DNA from: Eubacteriales bacterium
Lineage (GTDB): Bacteria; Bacillota; Clostridia; Lachnospirales; Lachnospiraceae
Assembly (NCBI GenBank): GCA_030533405.1
Contig: JAUNJF010000002.1
Coordinates: forward strand, 9,339-73,338
Direction: 5' to 3'
DNA length: 64,000 nucleotides
Under the pieces are notes generated by a model, which saw nothing but the letters and a program-made list of their open reading frames with translations, was not told where the DNA came from and did no database searches. Shown here piece by piece: positions 56,501 through 64,000 of the stretch. Within the stretch, counting starts at the first letter, position 1. Each line of letters opens with the position of its first letter. Position numbers and translations under genes: made by a program.

Positions 56501-57080
56501 ACAAACGAAGCAGCCCCTGGTTCACAGTCTGCTGGTCCGCAATTCCGTGATCCTGTAACTCCAAAAAGAAATTATTCTTACCGAATATGTTCTCATAAGA
56601 AAGTGCTGCTTTTTTGGCTTCTTCATAAAATCCCTGTCTCAGGTATGTAGCCACTTCACCTGCAAGACATGCTGAAAGCGCAATAATTCCTTCATGATAC
56701 TGCTCTAATATTTCCTTGTCCACACGTGGCTTGTAGTAGTATCCTTCTGTAAATCCTCGCGAAACAATTTTCACCAAATTATGATATCCGATATCATTTT
56801 CAGCTAATAAAACCAAATGAAAATAGCGTTCCTCGCCCTTACCAACTTCTCTGTCAAAACGAGAGTTTGGCGCAACATAAACCTCACATCCAATAATCGG
56901 CTTGATTCCTTCCGTCTTTGCCGCCTTATAAAAATCAATGACACCATACATCACACCATGATCTGTAATCGCGATGCTATCCATTCCCAATTCCTTAGTA
57001 TGTTTGATCAGTTCTTTAATCTTGGAAGCGCCATCCAACAAACTATATTCTGTATGCACATGTAAATGCGTAAAACTCAT
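53574..57080 (-). CDS. dnaE: DNA polymerase III alpha subunit (DnaE type)
   Basis: It is 1168 aa. It has an N-terminal PHP domain (FTHLHVHTEYSLLDG), the palm segment PDIDVDF and a C-terminal OB fold. Confidence 0.97.
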   Translation of the reverse strand: MSFTHLHVHTEYSLLDGASKIKELIKHTKELGMDSIAITDHGVMYGVIDFYKAAKTEGIKPIIGCEVYVAPNSRFDREVGKGEERYFHLVLLAENDIGYHNLVKIVSRGFTEGYYYKPRVDKEILEQYHEGIIALSACLAGEVATYLRQGFYEEAKKAALSYENIFGKNNFFLELQDHGIADQQTVNQGLLRLSQDTGIELVATNDIHYVEKNDAEAHDILLCIQTGKKVKDEERMRYDGGQYYLKSPQEMEQLFPYAKKALDNTGEIAKRCNVEIVFGEQKVPKFDVPEGFTAQSYLRALCEEGLHRCYQPVTEEVQKRLDYELDMIEKMGFVDYFLIVWDFIKFAKDHDIPVGPGRGSAAGAIVSYCLNITEVEPLKYDLLFERFLNPERVSMPDIDVDFCPERRQEVIDYVVRKYGKDNVVQIATFGTMAAKMVIRDVGRVLDMPYAAVDRIAKMVPIGPNGKKITISQAIDMVPELKQAYEEEPDVRYLLEMSQKLEGLPRHASTHAAGVVIGQKSIDEYVPLSLGSEGFATTQFTKETVEELGLLKMDFLGLRNLSVIQDTIYNIEESTGEVVDFDQVNELDEATYDLVCSGQTDGIFQIESDGMKNFMKKLKPRNIEDLTAGISLYRPGPMDFIPIYIENRENPASIQYDCPQLKKILEPTFGCIVYQEQVMQIVMELAGYTMGRSDLVRRAMAKKKADVMEKERQNFVYGNPKEHVPGCVNNGISEKVANKIFDEMTTFAAYAFNKSHGVVYSVVTFQTAYLKAHYTKEFMAALITSTLDNPTKLLKYINESKQLDIKILPPDINEGFSSFSVCEEGIRYGLSALKSVGKSVIDAVVEERKLHGKFKDLKDFISRLSGKEVNKRTIESFIKSGAFDCFGVKRRQMMMVYSDLIDSVNREKKSAMSGQMSLMDFLGEDERKDFEIPYPDVAEYDKMELLTYEKEVVGFYVSGHPLDEYQELMKKNTNATTADFMQEVSEEEDVEEAGVNVQDGSMYVVGGMIAAKTVKMTRNNQNMAFVTLEDLFGSVEVVVFPRKYEQYRKQLENDEKVLVYGRASVNEREVKFLLEKLVSFDDVPKNVYLQLDHKEAWLEKENQIYNILDAHTGKDQVIIYLKEEKQLKQLGRQFRVSADEDFTKEMTELLGEKNVECKVGKIDMREVKG

Positions 57081-57120
57081 GATATCCTCCTTAAAAAGGG
57101 AGTCTCACCCCAATCCATCA

Positions 57121-57669
57121 TCAAACTTTTTCTTTCCGTACCGCTGGTGTTAAAATCTCGCTACGAATATAGGCAAATGTTTTCTCCTCACCCTGTTCCG
57201 CAAGCATTCGCAATAAACGCTCCAACAACGCCTCAGTCTCTGGATGGATTAAATATTTTCCCTTCGCCTTTAAAAAATATGTCAACGGAAATGTATCATT
57301 ATAATCCTCTCGATTATAGTTCTTACTTGCTGCAACACGATCACAAAACATCTCTACAACATATTTAACAGGCATTTTCATGCCTGTCATTCCGCCATTA
57401 TCCAAATCATAATCAATCCAATATTCCAAATGATGTCGATTGCGCCCTTTGTGATGCAACCAGGCAGATGTATAACCTTTATCCTCACGTTCTGCATTGT
57501 TCGGACTTCTTGTTCCCTGAAAGTACTTTGCGCCAACCAAAAATTCTGTCGGACTATATTTTGATATATCATGCATAAGTCCCTGTTTGATTAATCCTAG
57601 CTTAAAACAAGATTTCATCACCAGCCACTTATGATGATTAATTGTTCTTAAATGTGACAACCACTTCAT
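57121..57669 (-). CDS. conserved hypothetical protein with His-rich motifs (DUF5662-like by recollection)
   Basis: It is 182 aa with HHKWLV, LMHDISKY and WLHHKGRNRHHLEYW. These suggest a metal-binding helical fold. The family assignment is unverified. Confidence 0.4.
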   Translation of the reverse strand: MKWLSHLRTINHHKWLVMKSCFKLGLIKQGLMHDISKYSPTEFLVGAKYFQGTRSPNNAEREDKGYTSAWLHHKGRNRHHLEYWIDYDLDNGGMTGMKMPVKYVVEMFCDRVAASKNYNREDYNDTFPLTYFLKAKGKYLIHPETEALLERLLRMLAEQGEEKTFAYIRSEILTPAVRKEKV

Positions 57670-57681
57670 GTTTTTCTCCTC

Positions 57682-58974
57682 TTAGAAATTCCAAAGCCCA
57701 TACAATGGAATATTTAAAACACCCTTTGAAAAATTCAATTCATCCAATGATATACGAATCGCCATGCGGTTATTATAACGACTTCTAAACACTTTAATAC
57801 TCTGTGCCTTTCGACTAATTTTCGATTGCACATCCACTGGCACAACCTCTCCCGAGTCCTCAAATACAAAATCTACTCTTGCTGTTGCACCTGAAATCCA
57901 AAAATACAAATGTTCCACCGTCTTGTTCATGGTAAGCTCCGATAACACCAGCTGTTCCAAAATAGCACCATTTACATCATTCATCAAATCATCCTGCAAA
58001 CGCACCTGTGAATGGCTTACACCGCACATCACACGAAGTAATCCATGATCTAAATGATACAATTCAAATGACTTTTCATCCACCTGCTCAAATAATGGCG
58101 CAACCCCGTCCTTAATACGATTCACTTTCCGAACAAAACCCGTATCCACTAACCAGTTTACAGATTTCTCGTACTCTCTTGCTCTTGCCTTCTCATCTAC
58201 ATACTGATACATAAACTTACGATTGTCTTTCTCCATTTGCGCCGGAATACTATTCCAAATTCGTTTTACCTTTTCAGCAAGTGCATTGGGAACATATTTA
58301 TCAATATGTTCGTTGCTTCTAGTCAAAATTGCTCTTAAAATAGCATCCACACGATTCATATCATGATTCTTAATATAATCCAATACAACAATTGGCATTC
58401 CACCTGTCAAATAGAACACCTTTAAATACTCCGTAATCTCATCGATAATAGCCGGATCAACTGGCTCCATCTTCTGTCGTTCAATCTGCTTACACAAATC
58501 CTGTGCTTTATTTGCGGTTAAAAACTCCTCAAAAGTCATCGGATATAGCGTCAACTGATGCAATACATCTACATACTCTGCCTCATGTGCAATCGTTCCA
58601 ACTGTTGTTGCAATCATGCAAATCGGCAAATCAGGTCGCTGGCGTTTCAGGCTCATAATGGCTTCGATTGCCTTTGGATATAACTGCGGTTCATCAAAAA
58701 TCAAAATGGTTTTATTTTCCACAAACGTACGATCGCAATACATAGAAAGCGCTGCCAATAACTTCTCCGCTTTTACTCGAGTTCCTTGCTTAAATAAAGA
58801 ATATACTTCCTCATCCTTTTCAAAATTCACATAGAAAAGTTGCTGAAAAAATGCCTGACCAAAATCAATCATTGTCCAGCTTTTTCCAACATCCTTTGCA
58901 CCTTTTAAAAGCAAAACCTTATCTTGTTCATTTTCATTCCACTCCATTAAATCATTCATTATAATTCGGTACAT
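57682..58974 (-). CDS. AAA+ ATPase of the AAA_14/DUF4143-like type
   Basis: The track ORF is 57682-59016, and the start is placed at MYRIIMND (GAAGGAAGGA RBS). It has Walker A (GAKDVGKS), Walker B (ILIFDEPQ) and a C-terminal domain typical of this widespread family. Confidence 0.6.
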   Translation of the reverse strand: MYRIIMNDLMEWNENEQDKVLLLKGAKDVGKSWTMIDFGQAFFQQLFYVNFEKDEEVYSLFKQGTRVKAEKLLAALSMYCDRTFVENKTILIFDEPQLYPKAIEAIMSLKRQRPDLPICMIATTVGTIAHEAEYVDVLHQLTLYPMTFEEFLTANKAQDLCKQIERQKMEPVDPAIIDEITEYLKVFYLTGGMPIVVLDYIKNHDMNRVDAILRAILTRSNEHIDKYVPNALAEKVKRIWNSIPAQMEKDNRKFMYQYVDEKARAREYEKSVNWLVDTGFVRKVNRIKDGVAPLFEQVDEKSFELYHLDHGLLRVMCGVSHSQVRLQDDLMNDVNGAILEQLVLSELTMNKTVEHLYFWISGATARVDFVFEDSGEVVPVDVQSKISRKAQSIKVFRSRYNNRMAIRISLDELNFSKGVLNIPLYGLWNF

Positions 58975-59103
58975 TGCGATTCCTTCCTTCCGTTCAATAT
59001 GTATGCCTTCTAACATGATTCTCCGCCATCATTTCTTCACAAAAATCTAATCCTAATATATCATTTTTTTGTTTCCCTATCAAGTAACAAAGCCTTCCTG
59101 ACA

Positions 59104-59146
59104 GAAAAAAAGAGAACCTATTAAGACCATCTCTTAATAGATTCTC
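59104..59146 (-). terminator. rho-independent terminator after the Sel1-repeat gene
   Basis: The minus strand reads GAGAATCTATTAAGA GATGG TCTTAATAGGTTCTC followed by TTTTTTTC. Confidence 0.8.
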
Positions 59147-59161
59147 CTATCTAATCATATA

Positions 59162-61924
59162 TTATACGAATACTAAACCTTCATCTTCATCCTCATCCTT
59201 GCTGATTGACAACATGCTATTGTCACTGCTACCAGAAATGAGAAGTGTAAGTCCAATACTCTTACCAGCTCTATCGCCACTTGCTACATAAATCTCACCA
59301 GATTCAACTAATGTAAGTGCAATTTCCAATGCCTGCTCTTTGAAACGCATAAGCTCTCGACGATCAATAGAACTTAACTTGAATAAGTACTGGTTCTTTG
59401 TACTAATCAACAAGATACTATAACGATTGTTACCTGCTTTACGTGTTAACATACCCGAACCAACCATTCTAGAATTTGCAACCAAAATCTCAGCATTTTC
59501 TTCACTTGCGTACTCTTTGTAAATCAAGTTAAATACCTTATTGTATTCTTCTTCATCCTCTACACGGACTGGCATTTCTGCAACCGCAAATTCTACAACA
59601 GAATCGGCAAAACGAATAGTACCACCTTCATCGTTAATTACCGCTGTACAACTCTTAGGAACCTGTAAACGGAAGAACTTATTCTGAATCACCTTATTTG
59701 CACTATTCTCAATTGGATTCAACAACTCTTTGAATTTCTCTTCAATCATATGCATAGAAGATAACGCCTCAACATCACCCTGTTTAACAACTTCCTTCAA
59801 TGTTTCATACAATTCAACAGTCTGATCATCCAAAACATCTACAAAAGAAAGTACCTGCTTCACAGCTGGGATATAACCCTTCTTTGCCACATCCACATAC
59901 AATCTGTGTTTCTCTTCTTCTGAGACACCCTGTGAAATCTTATGTTCAATAACCTGATACAAATATTCCTTACTAAATCCTTCATATCCAGCCTCATATG
60001 CACGATAGAAGAAATCCAAGCTTCGAATCGGACCATTGTAACCCTCTTCCTTTTCCTTGTTCTGACAATATGCACCATACTCATAATTTGCCTGAACATG
60101 ACCAAGCTTAATTGCTGTTAAAAATGCATGCTCAATCTCCTGCTCGCTTGCCAAATAGAATACCTGCTCTTTTTTATTCATAGCAACCTTAAATGCAGTA
60201 TCTGCAATACCTTCCTGTATTGCTCTTTCCCATCTATCAATCGTTGCCTGTAATTCTTTCGCATCACCAATACTCTCAATATCACGAATATAAGGCTCTG
60301 CCTCAAAAATACCGTTCTCCTGTGCTTTGGTTAAATAAGCAAGTGCCTGTTCACCATCACGCTTACCATCAATCAAACCATAATAGTAAATACGTCCAAG
60401 ATAGAACGGAACACGCTTATGACCTAAACGATCTGCACTCTCATACCACGCTTTCGCATTCTTGTAATCCTTAATCTGCTGATCATAAATATTACCAATC
60501 AAGAATGCCAAATCTGGATCTTTATTAGACTCAAATAACTGTCTTGCATAATTCAATGTCTTGTCAATATCACGATATGGACTATCCTCATCAAAATACA
60601 ACTCAATCAAAAGATAACTTGCTTTGCTACTTCCGTTCTGAATTGCTTCTGATGCATTGTGCATCGCTTTCTCATAATCTTCCATATTATAATAGTACAC
60701 AGCCTCATTATAATACTGTACTTCTGTACGATTTGCACTCTTATCACTTAACAATGTTGGGATAACAAAAGCAAACGAATTTGCCATTTCAAAAATAATC
60801 TCATTGTATTGTTCCATAATCTCCATGGTAGAACATACAAATCGAAGACATGCCCAACGATTCTTTTGCTTAAATACAAATGTAACAATACCTTTGTCCA
60901 TATCCTTATGGTAGAAACGAGCTGAAATACCATTTGCATATTCTGTAATATATGGTGTGATGTTCACTTCACAATCATATGCATCATTTTGATAGAACAA
61001 ATAATCATCAATGGTACGTTCCGATTCCTTTGGAACCGTTGTATATGTTACATAAACTGCAAAATCTGTATAGGTATGGCTTGGTGCATAATACTCCTCA
61101 TCCGTATCCACATCAATACTCTTTACCCAATCCTTAGGTAATTTATGGATATATCCTTCTACCTGATCATGCACATAAGTGTACTGATACTGCAACTGTG
61201 TAGCATCCTGTGCCTTATAATGAAACTCAATGCCCTTTGCTTTACGTCTTTCAGAAATCTCAGAATAAATCTTATCCTTTTCTTCAAATTCAATGCTGTC
61301 TGCATGTGTCTCATTATACTCTATACGTTCAACCGCTGCCTTCGCCTTATCATCACCCTTATCAGCAAGCTTTTGGTACCATTCCTTTGCCTTTGCTGTA
61401 TCAATCGGAACAACAAAGTCACTCTTGACACCATCTTCATTCACACGGTTTAATCCCTGCTCATAAATATCACCCAAACGCATATATGCCTGTTTTACAT
61501 CATGCTCAGCAGACTTCTCCAAATACGTAATTGCCTTTGAAAAATTCTGAACATCTAACATCAACAAACCAAGCTTGTAAAGCAACTCGCCATCGTCTAC
61601 CAACTTAATATAACGCTCATAATACTTGATAGAAAGCTCTCGATCAACATTTGCTTTAATCTGCTGATACTTACCAGTCTCATATACCTCACCTAAAATC
61701 TTAAGTGCATCACAACCATAATGCTGATATTCTTCTTCCATCAATCCAATATCTGCAATCTGATTCAGTGCCTTGATGGCTTCCTCTGAAATACCATGCT
61801 CTATCAATTCCATGGCCTTTTCATACTGACGCTCCATATTGCTATGTTGCTGTGCTGCTGCATTCGCTTCCATTGTCTTTTTTATAAATGGAATCTTGTT
61901 TAAAATCTTCGAAAATCGACCCAT
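59162..61924 (-). CDS. 920-aa Sel1/TPR-like repeat protein with two embedded non-repeat modules
   Basis: It has multiple Sel1-like units (A..WY.KAA..G...A...LG.IY..G). Examples are AKEWYQKLADKGDDKA, AKAWYESADRLGHKRVPFYLGRIYYYG and QALAYLTKAQENG. Non-repeat beta-rich modules lie at about aa 235-385 and 745-900. Confidence 0.65.
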   Translation of the reverse strand: MGRFSKILNKIPFIKKTMEANAAAQQHSNMERQYEKAMELIEHGISEEAIKALNQIADIGLMEEEYQHYGCDALKILGEVYETGKYQQIKANVDRELSIKYYERYIKLVDDGELLYKLGLLMLDVQNFSKAITYLEKSAEHDVKQAYMRLGDIYEQGLNRVNEDGVKSDFVVPIDTAKAKEWYQKLADKGDDKAKAAVERIEYNETHADSIEFEEKDKIYSEISERRKAKGIEFHYKAQDATQLQYQYTYVHDQVEGYIHKLPKDWVKSIDVDTDEEYYAPSHTYTDFAVYVTYTTVPKESERTIDDYLFYQNDAYDCEVNITPYITEYANGISARFYHKDMDKGIVTFVFKQKNRWACLRFVCSTMEIMEQYNEIIFEMANSFAFVIPTLLSDKSANRTEVQYYNEAVYYYNMEDYEKAMHNASEAIQNGSSKASYLLIELYFDEDSPYRDIDKTLNYARQLFESNKDPDLAFLIGNIYDQQIKDYKNAKAWYESADRLGHKRVPFYLGRIYYYGLIDGKRDGEQALAYLTKAQENGIFEAEPYIRDIESIGDAKELQATIDRWERAIQEGIADTAFKVAMNKKEQVFYLASEQEIEHAFLTAIKLGHVQANYEYGAYCQNKEKEEGYNGPIRSLDFFYRAYEAGYEGFSKEYLYQVIEHKISQGVSEEEKHRLYVDVAKKGYIPAVKQVLSFVDVLDDQTVELYETLKEVVKQGDVEALSSMHMIEEKFKELLNPIENSANKVIQNKFFRLQVPKSCTAVINDEGGTIRFADSVVEFAVAEMPVRVEDEEEYNKVFNLIYKEYASEENAEILVANSRMVGSGMLTRKAGNNRYSILLISTKNQYLFKLSSIDRRELMRFKEQALEIALTLVESGEIYVASGDRAGKSIGLTLLISGSSDNSMLSISKDEDEDEGLVFV

Positions 61925-62021
61925 AACTCACTCACCTTCTCTTTATGTCTAAAATAGTTATATTTCTCATATTTCCTATTACTACATAATAGCACAGTGT
62001 GGACTAAAGGGCAAGCAATGG

Positions 62022-62279
62022 TTACTTATCACACTGTAAATATTCTGCAAGATTTTCTACTGCTTCCTGCTCATCCACGCCTTCTGCCGAAATAACAACT
62101 TCTGAACCATTTGTAAATCCTAAACTCATCATTCCCATAATGCTTTTTGCATTAATCTTCTTGTCTCCTGTTTCAATGAGCACTTTACTTTCAAACTGGC
62201 TTGCCTTTTGCACTAACACTGCAACTGGTCTTGCTTCTGCATCCGCGTTTAACTTTACACATACTGTCTTACTTGTCAT
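62022..62279 (-). CDS. HPr-family protein lacking the catalytic His15 (Crh-like; Glu15, Ser46 retained)
   Basis: It is 85 aa. ...KLNADAEARPVAVLVQKASQF...KKINAKSIMGMMSLG...GVDEQEAVENLAEYLQ aligns with B. subtilis Crh (TGLQARPAALFVQ...KKVNAKSIMGLMSL...GEDEQEALEKLAAYVQ). Codon 15 is GAA at 62237-62235. Confidence 0.8.
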   Translation of the reverse strand: MTSKTVCVKLNADAEARPVAVLVQKASQFESKVLIETGDKKINAKSIMGMMSLGFTNGSEVVISAEGVDEQEAVENLAEYLQCDK

Positions 62280-62293
62280 TTTTCTTCCTCCTA

Positions 62294-63307
62294 CTAATAA
62301 GTATTGTCTCCATTTTCTTTTCGAATGGTTTGTGCAATACTGCTTATCTTTCTTAATCTATGATTCACACCAGATTTTGATACCGGTGGATTCAGCATTT
62401 CTCCAAGTTCTGTTAAATTAGCATCCGGTTCCTCCAAGCGTAATTCTGCAATCACACGTAAGGAATCCTTTAAATATTTCAACCCCTTGGTTTTCTCAAT
62501 ATATTCAATATCTTCAATCTGCCTTCTTGCGGCACTGACTGTTTTCTTAATATTGGCTATATCACAGTTGTTACGACGATTGATATCATTTCTCATATCC
62601 TTTAAGATGCGAATATTTTCCATATCCATCAATCCCACATAGGCTTCCATAATATTCAAAATATCTACAATCATGGAACCCTCTTTCAAATAGACAACAT
62701 AGTACTTCTTGCGTTTTACAATCTTTGCATCCATGGAAAATCCATTAATCACATCGCGAACCACTTCTGCCATCTCCCGATTTTGGACAACAATTTCAAA
62801 ATGATACGCCTTATTTGGATCATTTACCGAACCAGCTGCCAAAAACACGCCTCGAATAAATGATTTCTTACAACAATCCTTTTGAATCACCTGCTTGGGA
62901 AATCGACAATGCTGTAACGATATCCCATGTGATGAAACATAAGTAATCATATTCTCTGGCATGTAGGATAATTCATCCTCATCGAGCCAATCTTCTTCTA
63001 ACAATTCTACATAATCAGATAATTTGATAGTAGATAATAATTTATCCACCATGTCCTGATTCGCAATTTCTATATATTTCGAATGCCTTTCATAAACGAC
63101 ATCTGTACCAAACACCAACTCAATCAGCTTACACACCTTGTCTGCGATGGCATCATTTTCTGGATGCAATACAAAGGTCACACCATCGTCATGTAAAACA
63201 ACCTCACCGATTGCCATTGACAGTGCTAATAGTTCTGCTATTTGGCAATGCCTTGCCGAACCAATATGTGCGCCAATCTCTTCCTTTACTTTTGTTGAAA
63301 ATGACAT
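62294..63307 (-). CDS. whiA: sporulation/cell-division regulator WhiA
   Basis: The track ORF is 62294-63397, and the start is placed at MSFSTKVKEEI (the typical WhiA N-terminus). It has LAGLIDADG-derived domains and a C-terminal HTH (NLTELGEMLNPPVSKSGVNHRLRKI). Confidence 0.9.
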   Translation of the reverse strand: MSFSTKVKEEIGAHIGSARHCQIAELLALSMAIGEVVLHDDGVTFVLHPENDAIADKVCKLIELVFGTDVVYERHSKYIEIANQDMVDKLLSTIKLSDYVELLEEDWLDEDELSYMPENMITYVSSHGISLQHCRFPKQVIQKDCCKKSFIRGVFLAAGSVNDPNKAYHFEIVVQNREMAEVVRDVINGFSMDAKIVKRKKYYVVYLKEGSMIVDILNIMEAYVGLMDMENIRILKDMRNDINRRNNCDIANIKKTVSAARRQIEDIEYIEKTKGLKYLKDSLRVIAELRLEEPDANLTELGEMLNPPVSKSGVNHRLRKISSIAQTIRKENGDNTY

Positions 63308-63311
63308 TTCT

Positions 63312-64000
63312 TTATCCCTTTCTGATTCTGTCCTTTTCAATATCCCTGTGTTCTTTTCGAACACTATATGAAAATTGCTGCATTTCATCATACACACCGT
63401 TTGCCAAAGTTACGGAACGATGTTTTCCACCTGTACAGCCAATTCCCACAACCAATCCATTCTTTCCTTCATTAATGTAATTTGGGATCAGAAACTCTAA
63501 TAAATCTGTTATTTTATTTAAAAACTCTTTTGCGACATCATATTGCATCACAAAATTACGAATCGGCTCATCATTTCCTGTGAGTGGACGAAGCTCCAAA
63601 TCATAATATGGATTTGGCAAAAAACGAACATCAAATACTAAATCTGCATCCTTTGGTATGCCATATTTAAATCCAAACGACACAATCGAAACAATAAAAT
63701 TGCTGTATTCTGCATTTTCTACAAATATCTTATCGAGTTCTGCCTTCAACTCTCTTGTCAGCAGACTCGTTGTATCTATAATATAATCAGCCTCTTTTCT
63801 TAAAAAAGCAATACGGCTTCTTTCCTGCTTGATTCCATCCTCCACACGGCCATTTCTTGCCAACGGATGATTTCGTCTTGTCTCCTTGTAACGTTTAATC
63901 AAAACATCATCATTAGAATCCAGAAACAAAATCTCATAATGATACTCTAATTCTTTTAACTGACGTAAGCATTCAGAAAGCTGTTCTAAATACTCGCCAC
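63312..64000 (-). CDS. rapZ: RNase adapter / nucleotide-binding protein RapZ (YvcJ), C-terminal ~229 codons (5' end beyond the window)
   Basis: The track ORF starts at an internal TTG. The frame stays open to position 64000 (...GEYLEQLSECLRQLKELEYHYEILFLD...). The C-terminal motifs are VSFGFKYG, DLVFDVRFLPNPYY and IGCTGGKHRSV. Confidence 0.88.
   Translation of the reverse strand, partial: GEYLEQLSECLRQLKELEYHYEILFLDSNDDVLIKRYKETRRNHPLARNGRVEDGIKQERSRIAFLRKEADYIIDTTSLLTRELKAELDKIFVENAEYSNFIVSIVSFGFKYGIPKDADLVFDVRFLPNPYYDLELRPLTGNDEPIRNFVMQYDVAKEFLNKITDLLEFLIPNYINEGKNGLVVGIGCTGGKHRSVTLANGVYDEMQQFSYSVRKEHRDIEKDRIRKG

Overview
This is about 64 kb of chromosome from a low-GC Firmicute. Gene order suggests Clostridia, possibly Lachnospiraceae-like, but I have not searched any database. 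The window is roughly 90% coding. All protein genes lie on the minus strand except two (GH43 at 29611-30582 and an unknown membrane protein at 30689-31786); tRNA-Gln is also on the plus strand. I saw no transposase, integrase, CRISPR array or rRNA.

Housekeeping content: partial aspartate kinase, hom, an orphan cheW, prfB (with its programmed +1 frameshift, which the ORF track misses), secA, hpf, an SH3b/NlpC-P60 endopeptidase, ridA, cvfB, an acyl-ACP thioesterase, a Trp T-box leader driving only trpD-trpC-trpF, a SpoU/TrmH methyltransferase, dnaE, a Crh-like HPr (His15 replaced by Glu), whiA and partial rapZ.

Less ordinary content:
- Two paralogous MoxR-DUF58 modules. One resembles B. subtilis YeaC/YeaD/YebA and is extended by a secreted GH3 and a WYL regulator. 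The other sits in a tightly coupled eight-gene operon with YdbS/YdbT bPH proteins, a DUF4129 membrane protein, a double zinc-ribbon membrane protein and two micro-membrane proteins.
- A SpeD-like/DUF4178/DUF350/membrane-SpeE polyamine cluster whose SpeD-like protein has Thr-Ser instead of Glu-Ser at the self-processing site.
- A LytTR/DUF3021/ABC module.
- A preQ1-I riboswitch in front of yhhQ.
- A small xylan-utilisation islet (two GH43, one CE1-type esterase).
- A 700-bp non-coding region with four co-oriented DnaA boxes.
- A small family of covarying intercistronic hairpin repeats.

No single locus is a clear new system. The best candidates are the two MoxR operons and the hairpin repeat family. 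All functional calls come from reading motifs in the translations. No homology search was run.
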